DNA from: Hyphochytrium catenoides
Taxonomy: Eukaryota; Protista; Hyphochytriomycota
Direction: 5' to 3'
DNA: 45,487 nucleotides
Assembly: GCA_900088475.1 (NCBI GenBank)
Contig: FLMG01000322.1
Span: forward strand, 1 to 45,487
The first letter of the stretch is position 1. Each line of letters starts with the position of its first letter. A program made the position numbers and the translations under genes. The notes under the pieces were generated by a model, which saw nothing but the letters and a program-made list of their open reading frames with translations, was not told where the DNA came from and ran no database searches. Of this stretch, positions 38,836-45,487 are shown in pieces.

Positions 38836-41381
38836 TCAGAAGAACTCCAATTGTCCTGGAGTGTGGACGATGCTATTGGCCATTGCTTGTGAGGTTGCGA
38901 TATGTGAAGGAAGAAGGTCCACAGATTGTTGCAGTCCCCCGTCTGTTGGGAGAGGAGGTATAGAGAACATGGAATAGAGATCCACCCATGGAATATCTGT
39001 AGGAGTGATCGTGCTGATGTTCGCCCTCTTTCTCTTCAAGAATGGCTCATCAGGCGGGGGAGGCGATGAAGGAAGAAGGTCCAAGTCCACATCTTCCACC
39101 CCTCCAGACGCACTACATCAGAGGCAAATTGGTGATAAGCGAGTTAACCTCGTGAAGGACTGCAGGGCAGGATACAGACTAAAGAGGCGCGCGCGCGAGA
39201 GATAGAACGCTAGAGCGAGGAAAAGAGAGAGACTGAAAGAGAAAGGGAGCGAGAGATCCTGAGGGAAAAAAGAAGAAGAGAGCGAGAGAGAGAGAGGAGA
39301 GAGAGCGAGACTGGCCGGCTTGCACAATATTTGGGGAAGTGAAAATATAAGCACTGCTTCTGTGAACAGATAAAGGGCAGATGAGCGCCACAAGGGGTAG
39401 AACGCAGGGCTTACTCTGAGGCTGCTGAGCTTCCTGGAGGCTTCCTACTGGAGCCAATAGAGAATGGGTCTGACTGTAGAACGTATACGCAGTACAGCTT
39501 CTTCCTGAATGGCTTGAAGAAAAGGGCCTCAAAACAATGAAGAGGATCGTTGCCTTGCTGTCCCTGTCCTCGGGGTGCCGCCCAGCCATAATGCCAGGCC
39601 TTAAAATCACCGTTGAACTCAAAAATCGCTGCCTGGAGGGCGCCATCTCCTGAAGCTCCCTAAGCATCAAGCGGGCATGAGTAGGCTGGTTCACCTCTAA
39701 GTATTCAACCTCTATCTTTCTTCCTGACATACCGCACAAGGGATATCTCTTATCATAAACGTTCTTGCCTAACGACCGCCTTATCAAGCAATATGGCCCA
39801 TCGCCTTCTTTTTAATTTTAAGCTATCATTTACCTTGAAGACGCCTGGCACCCATGGTCTCTGAGGGTGGTCGCGATCCCTGACGAGCTTATCAATCTCT
39901 TCGACTTCAAAAGTATCTCCCACGCTAACTAACGGGCCTGAGGACTCTAGGGTCTCCTCGTCTAAAACTCCGGCCTCATAAGGAATGAACCGCGCATAAG
40001 CTAGCGTACGGTTGGACTTCGATGATCGCAGGCCGCAGACACGGATACCTATCATAGAGATACTGTGATTCAGTGGAGAAGGAAATCTGCCGAATGATGA
40101 GGTTCAGGAAAACTTATGTTGCTATAGAGGGTAACACCACAAAAGTACCAGTCATCACCCAGGCGGAGGGTGTAGCGTGACCAATGAGATAGAGAGGAAA
40201 AGAGCTGAATACCTCCTGTAGATGTCACTCTGCTGATCGACACATGCACTTTGATAGAGTCCCCGCAGAAGCCTGAACTGACGTGCACGCCGTTTCTACA
40301 GTCAGGAAAGCATCGAAGATTCTTGTGTCCTCCTTTTTTGCTATTCCGCAGATAGCGCGACTTGAAGAGTGGCCCTCCCCTCATAGAGACAAATGCAGCT
40401 TCCACTTGCAACCCGTTCGGATTGTAGCACGAGTCATTATAGCAAAGCTCTGCGTCTGACTCTGGAGGACCTGACGTGTCAACCACTTCCACCTCTCTTT
40501 GACTTGTGAAGAGTTCTTGGATCTTGCCAGAGGTCGGCTCTATTGTGACAGCATTGCCCTCTTCAAACTGATATGTAGGGGGTGAGATCAGGAGAGAGTC
40601 TCGTGTTGAAAGAAGCTTTGTGAACTCAGGGTTTTCCTGAGAGCCGAAGAGTCTGACAAGTTCTGATCTCGACCTGTGATGGATCTATGCAAAGAAGAGG
40701 GATGAGAACGTAGGAGGCGCTAAGCCAAAGGCAAACACGTAGGAAACGATCGTGAGAAGAAAAGAGAAGAGACATCGAATCGAAGGAGAGCTCAATAGTG
40801 CTACAGGCCTACTAAGACTAGCGAGATAACGGCAGACGGAGCGTTGAGACACGTTGAAAGGATGGGGATGCTTTTCGGGTAAGTGGTAGCGCAGAGGAAA
40901 CAGCCATGGTGACACCTCCCTCCAAGGCATCTCATGCTGGAGAATCAAGTTGATAGTGTTATCCTACCACGAGAAGGTAGAGGTCTGATCCTGGGTATGG
41001 AAGGACAAGTGTAACCGCGTCGACTGAAAGCGTCTTATTAACCACAGCCATCATATTCTTCAAGCACTTCTCCAACTCCAGCTTGCAGTTATCCTTTGCC
41101 TTCAAGACCATAGTCATTACCACCTAGGTCCAAACGCATCGGAAAAGGTTAGCCACGAGCATAACACCGCAGATCCCCACCCTGTGCCGTTGCCTTACCT
41201 TGCCATCCTTCTCTCCAAAGTGGTCAATGACGCGCCTTGTATTACCCTTCGTCTCTAGCGGGTTGAGCCTTCCAAGAATTCGCTCTTCCTCCTGTAGGGA
41301 GTTTGCAAACTCGAGCCCCTTGATCATCTCATCAATATTATCTAAGTTGCTCTCCAACTTCACTCCATTCAGACTATTCAT
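38836..41381 (-). CDS. Uncharacterised protein, paralog B of the 2494-4664 gene (ABM-like + KNLRCFP/Cys-His domain). Exons 41381-41199, 41123-40968, 40684-40213, 40048-39834, 39659-39415, 39112-38836
   Basis: Six exons join in frame. Contains YLRNSKKGGHKNLRCFPDCRNGVHVSSGFCGDSIKVH, RDRDHPQRPW, FEFNGDFKAWHYGWAAPRGQGQQG, SDPFSI and DIPWVDLYSM, all matching paralog A. Exon 5 is in a frame not shown in the ORF track. Confidence 0.87.
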
Positions 41382-42179
41382 GGCTCCTGCCCCTTGGTCC
41401 AAGGCCAGTCAACCAGGAAGTAATAGGCTGCGTTAGTACCCTCTCAAGACGTGCGGAGGGTTCACTTCTCCCTGCCAACGACGGCTCTGTTACCTCAGAC
41501 TGTCAATGAGAAGCAGCGTTCCCAAAAGGCAATGAACTCATCATAAAAAATCTCCATTTCTGCTCCTGAGTCGGAGGCTCCTCTTCTGTTGTTAGCGCGG
41601 GACCTTTTCTGATTCATCAGAATGTGCTACTGCGTCCCTTTCTGAACGTCTAGATCATACATATAAGGAATAACGCGCTGTTTTACCCAGCTTTATCAGG
41701 GATTCTGAGGCAATACCTCCTATTCTCCTGGGGGGGTTGTGGGAAGAGGGGAAGAATGTAATGGAACTGCTCCGAACAATGCCCGACTCGAATAATGCGA
41801 GGCGTTAACTTGTGAGGAGATAGGAAAGCTTCAAATAATTCTAGCAATTAACGAAATGTTTCATGGAGGGCGTTTCGGCCCCAGTTGTGAAGGATCAGAA
41901 ACAGGGAAAAAGAAGCCGTCGGTCGGTCGGAACGATCTTCATTATTCTGCGGCTTTTCTCTGGCGCTTTCTGAAGCTTCAGATTGGGCCTTCAGCAGACA
42001 TTGGCGCTAGAGACTGTTAGAGGCATACCTTGGATTGGCCTTTGTTATACAGCGGTCCTGACTGTGACTCATAAGAGAAGATTGAGAAGGTTTGAGTCTA
42101 TAGCTTATTAGGGAAGACTCAGAGTTTGGATTGATACTCTGGGGGTCGACTTGGCTTCTTGTCCGTTCAGTGGAGCAAC

Positions 42180-44069
42180 ATGGTCCAAGTTACCGTGGAT
42201 AACCCTGTAGAACATGCTGAGGGTATGTCCCACAGCTCTCTTTGGCAAATCTCCATAAACTCGGAAAATGAGACGGAAAAGGTGATCTCACGCTCTTATG
42301 CTGACTTTGAATGGCTCCATCATCAGGTAAGGGACTCTGCAGATTGATAATAACTTATTCGCCGGTACTCATGTGCGTTACGTAGCTTTGCAAGTTGTTC
42401 CCGGGCTACTTAGTGCCTGTCCTCCCAGAAAAGAGCTATGAGCTGGGTGTTGACTATGGATGGCTTGGAGACCCTGAGTTCTTTGCCGACCGGAGAGAGG
42501 GCTTGGAGTCGTTCCTCCGACACGTTCTGGACCATCCTGTTCTTGGCAGATCGGAAGCAGTGAAGGACTTTCTTCAACTCAGCCCAGCAGACCTACTCAG
42601 GTACTTAACGCCAATCCATAGAGTCTGAGGAGCCTATCGTAGCTAAGCTTCCCTCATCATTAAAGTAAGGTCAATGCGGACAAAGAGTCACTCGGTGGCA
42701 TGGTCAGCCAAATGGGCTCCTGGTTGGGAAAGGCGGTAGAGTCCATCAGTGAAAAGGTAAAGTTACCAAGACGCGCCTTTCGTCAATCCTACACCCACTA
42801 TCTTTTGACCTCTATTTCTCAGTATCCGGCTCCAGATATATCTTTCGGGACTGACAAAGTTGTGGATGAGGCCAAAGGTTACCTTCGAACCCTGCACAAG
42901 CAAACGAGCGCTCTAGCCGGCCACGTACTCGGCGCAATAAAACATAGAGAAGCAGCGACAGAAAGTTTGGACAATGCAGTGCAGGATCTATACGGAATCT
43001 CAGAGACTGAGTCCATGTATGATGAGGTATGCTGTCAGAACCGCGTAGCTGGGTCTGGAATAGGCTTCTGACTCGACTATCTTGATGGTAGGACGTAAGT
43101 GGTCATTACTTTGTATCTATGGCACCTGTCTTCATCTTCCGAAGACAGCCGGAAGATCATGGCCTTGGCGAGCTGTACAAGGAGGTGAGGATGGGACATG
43201 AGGCGCGTCTATTTCTTGTCCCTGGTACCTACGAGTACGGCTTAGCATGCTCTGTTCCTCTCCCACCAGTCGTGCACTTGGGTCCGCTGGTTCTCTCTCT
43301 TGTCCTCTCCCATGGTTCTCTTTAAAGGATGTAGAAAGCATTTCTCTTCTACGTTTGCCGTTTATTTGGCTTGCATTTTTCATGTTTCTACTTTGTGGGC
43401 GATGTCCATGCTACCTTTAGAGGTCATCTCTAATAGAGAGTGATACCCTGTTGCCAGCTCAAGGACCTTCTGAGGGTGATAAAGGCCGCTGAAGAATGCC
43501 TCCACAGAAGAGATGAAAAGAGGTGCAGTATTGTCTCCTGTGTATTTGGCTTGTTGCTCAACCGAATTCACCACTGCATCAGGGCAATCTACCTGCAAGC
43601 TGAGGAGGAATTGGCACGGCTGCAAGCCACCGGAGGACTACTGACCGCCGCCAAGGCTCGCGTGGTCCGCACGAAAGACGATTTTGAGACGGTAAGAAAG
43701 TAAATGTGGTCTCAGGTTGAACTTGTAAAGTGAGGGAGAGGGACCAGCGGTAGGAGCTGCATGCTGCGAGAAGGATTGGCGACCAAAGCAGGACCATCAC
43801 TCCTGTCGACTCGTTGTAGGTGGACGCCAGAGTGCTTGAGGAGTATGCAGCATGGAAAGCTGGCAAATGCGAGATGGTCAAGCGCTGTGTGACGAAGTTT
43901 TTAGAGGCACAGGCGAGTTCTGCAGCCCAGCTCTCGAGAATCGTGAGTCAAGCTCAAACTCAAGCCTCTGCAGGTATAAGAAGAACTCCGCTTGCTTTGC
44001 CATCTCTCTCGAGACTAAAGATAATGGAACTTCCCTGCCGCAGGTCCAGAACCTGACACCAGCAGATAA
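42180..44069 (+). CDS. Sorting nexin, PX + BAR (Vps5/SNX1-like), about 9 exons
   Basis: PX: QVTVDNP...VISRSYADFEWLHHQLCKLFPGYLVPVLPEK...FFADRREGLESFLRHVLDHPVLGRSEAVKDFL, then helical BAR-like region (LKDLLRVIKAAEECLHRRDEKR; FETVDARVLEEYAAWK...FLEAQ). 3' end uncertain (44056 or 44069). Confidence 0.85.
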
Positions 44070-44872
44070 TGCTCCCAACAGCCAGAGATAAATTTGGGAA
44101 CATGGCCTAACGAAGAGGCCAGTATTTGCCCGTGAGATGAATGACGTTCCTCTGGAAGGGGAGAGAGATATCTGTCTGTAATCACTATATAGCTAATAGC
44201 AAAGCCTTTCTTTTTGGATTGTTTTGGAAGCAGCTAAGCGGTCCGATCCTTGGCGAGGCCAACACTAGGAAACCTCTCATACTAGTGCACTCAATGGCTC
44301 TATCCCAAGGGCCTTAACGATGTCCGTAGAGTTTCTTTGATCATCGGAGCCTCTTTCCCTCCCATGACGTTGCCCATCGCTTACCCCTTCCCTATAACTA
44401 CCTAGAGTAGCGTGAGCCCATTGAGGGTGCCATAAGCCTCTAAAGATAGCTCATAGGCTCTATCTGAGCCTTGTTATTCGCTGTATAGACCCAGAGATCT
44501 GAGGCTGCGGTAAGTAAGAGCCGATGAAGCTTCTTCTCTGTCCTCATCGCGTCCTTGGTCCGTTTTCCTCCCACGCAGGTGTCCCTTGTAGACAGACAAG
44601 AAGGAGAATAGTTGGAGGAAGGGCTTGTTGGCGTCCCCTTTGTAGAGGGCTGAGGAAAGAGGAGAGGCTGGGCGACAGTGGAAGTGATGAAAAGTCAAAT
44701 TCTCAGAGCTTTCAGACTCAGAATTGTGTCTGGAAGGCTGGGCCTGGCCCAGAGACGGAGCTTTGGCCATCTTCTGAGAGGCTCTCACTGTCCTCCTGCT
44801 AAAGAGAAAGAGTCCTCGCCTACGGCGGCAGCTGGCTAGGATCGCTGATAGCCTTTGTGACGACCGGGCGCG

Positions 44873-45487
44873 ATGGACAATGGTTGCGCATCTCGAACAC
44901 CAATGACTCTTCGCCTTTCGGTCTGTCTCCTCCTATGGGTGAGCTACTCTGGAGTGGTTGCTTCTACTCTTGGCGAGCTGCCGAAGGAAGAAGCTGCACC
45001 TAACTGGATCTTCAAATATCTATCCACAAAGTCTCCCTATCCGTTGGAGGGTGATGACCTTCCCCAATTGGACTCTCTCGCGTCTGCCGCTCCACCTACT
45101 TGCTCTCCCATCCATACCTCCTGGGTGTTCCGCCATGGCTCAAGGTATGCTTCTCGCCTACAAGTCCAGCAAAAAAAGAAAAGTTAGAGAGTAAGGAAGA
45201 GCAAAAGGAGAAGAGGTTTGGCACTGAGAAAAAGAAGCGAGAGAGAGATGAGAGACAAACCGACAGAGAAAGACCGAGACAGAAAAAGAGCAGGACAATG
45301 GATACGAGAAGATGAGAAGGAGGGACATCGACGAACCCAGAGGTGACGGGGATAGAGGCAGAGAGCAGCAGAGAGAGAGAGCAATAGTTCATATAGTATT
45401 ACATAAGCCGTTAGGTCGCTAAGACTCAGGAACCCGAGAACTAGAGACTCAGCTGCTTATCGTTCACAGGGGTCCGGGAAGCAACGA
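44873..45487 (+). CDS. Histidine acid phosphatase (MINPP1/phytase-like), N-terminal part, truncated by window end. Exons 44873-45144, 45470->end
   Basis: Signal-peptide-like MTLRLSVCLLLWVSYSGVVA, YLSTKSPY, C-x-PIH; splicing 45144 to 45470 completes the RHGxRxP active-site motif (RHGSRGP). Confidence 0.85.

Noticed and set aside
39179-39787. 202-aa minus-strand ORF in the track
   Set aside because: Off-frame shadow of exon 5 of paralog B; the homologous sequence (FEFNGDFKAWHYGW) is in another frame.

Overview
Eukaryotic, intron-rich genomic scaffold (GT-AG introns, long (CT)n/(GA)n tracts, two N gaps); most short ORFs in the track are microsatellite artefacts. Splicing by hand gives 12 plausible genes: a DUF4833-like protein (+, 321-1559); paralog A of an unannotated family (-, 2494-4664); an intronless pogo/Tigger-derived CENP-B-like protein with a broken catalytic triad (-, 11133-13067); a membrane-anchored NEK-like kinase with an NGD catalytic loop (+, 14043-16524); a MIR-only protein lacking a signal peptide (-, 17043-17991); D-2-hydroxyglutarate dehydrogenase (+, 19145-22556); glutamate-cysteine ligase catalytic subunit (+, 24072-30262); a 5-exon ubiquitin-fold protein missed by the ORF track (-, 30404-31287); a PH-SnoaL/NTF2-C2-MAP kinase (+, 32831-37925); paralog B of the unannotated family (-, 38836-41381); a PX-BAR sorting nexin (+, 42180-44069); and the start of a histidine acid phosphatase (+, 44873-end). 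The PH-MAPK and GCLC sequence style suggest a stramenopile (inference). The most novel candidate is the paralog pair: an ABM-like alpha/beta barrel domain fused to a highly conserved Cys/His-containing beta-rich domain, then a basic NLS-like patch and a conserved DIPWxDLYSM motif. I interpret this as a possible ligand-sensing, one-component-style transcription factor family. All domain calls come from motif recognition by eye, without database searches.
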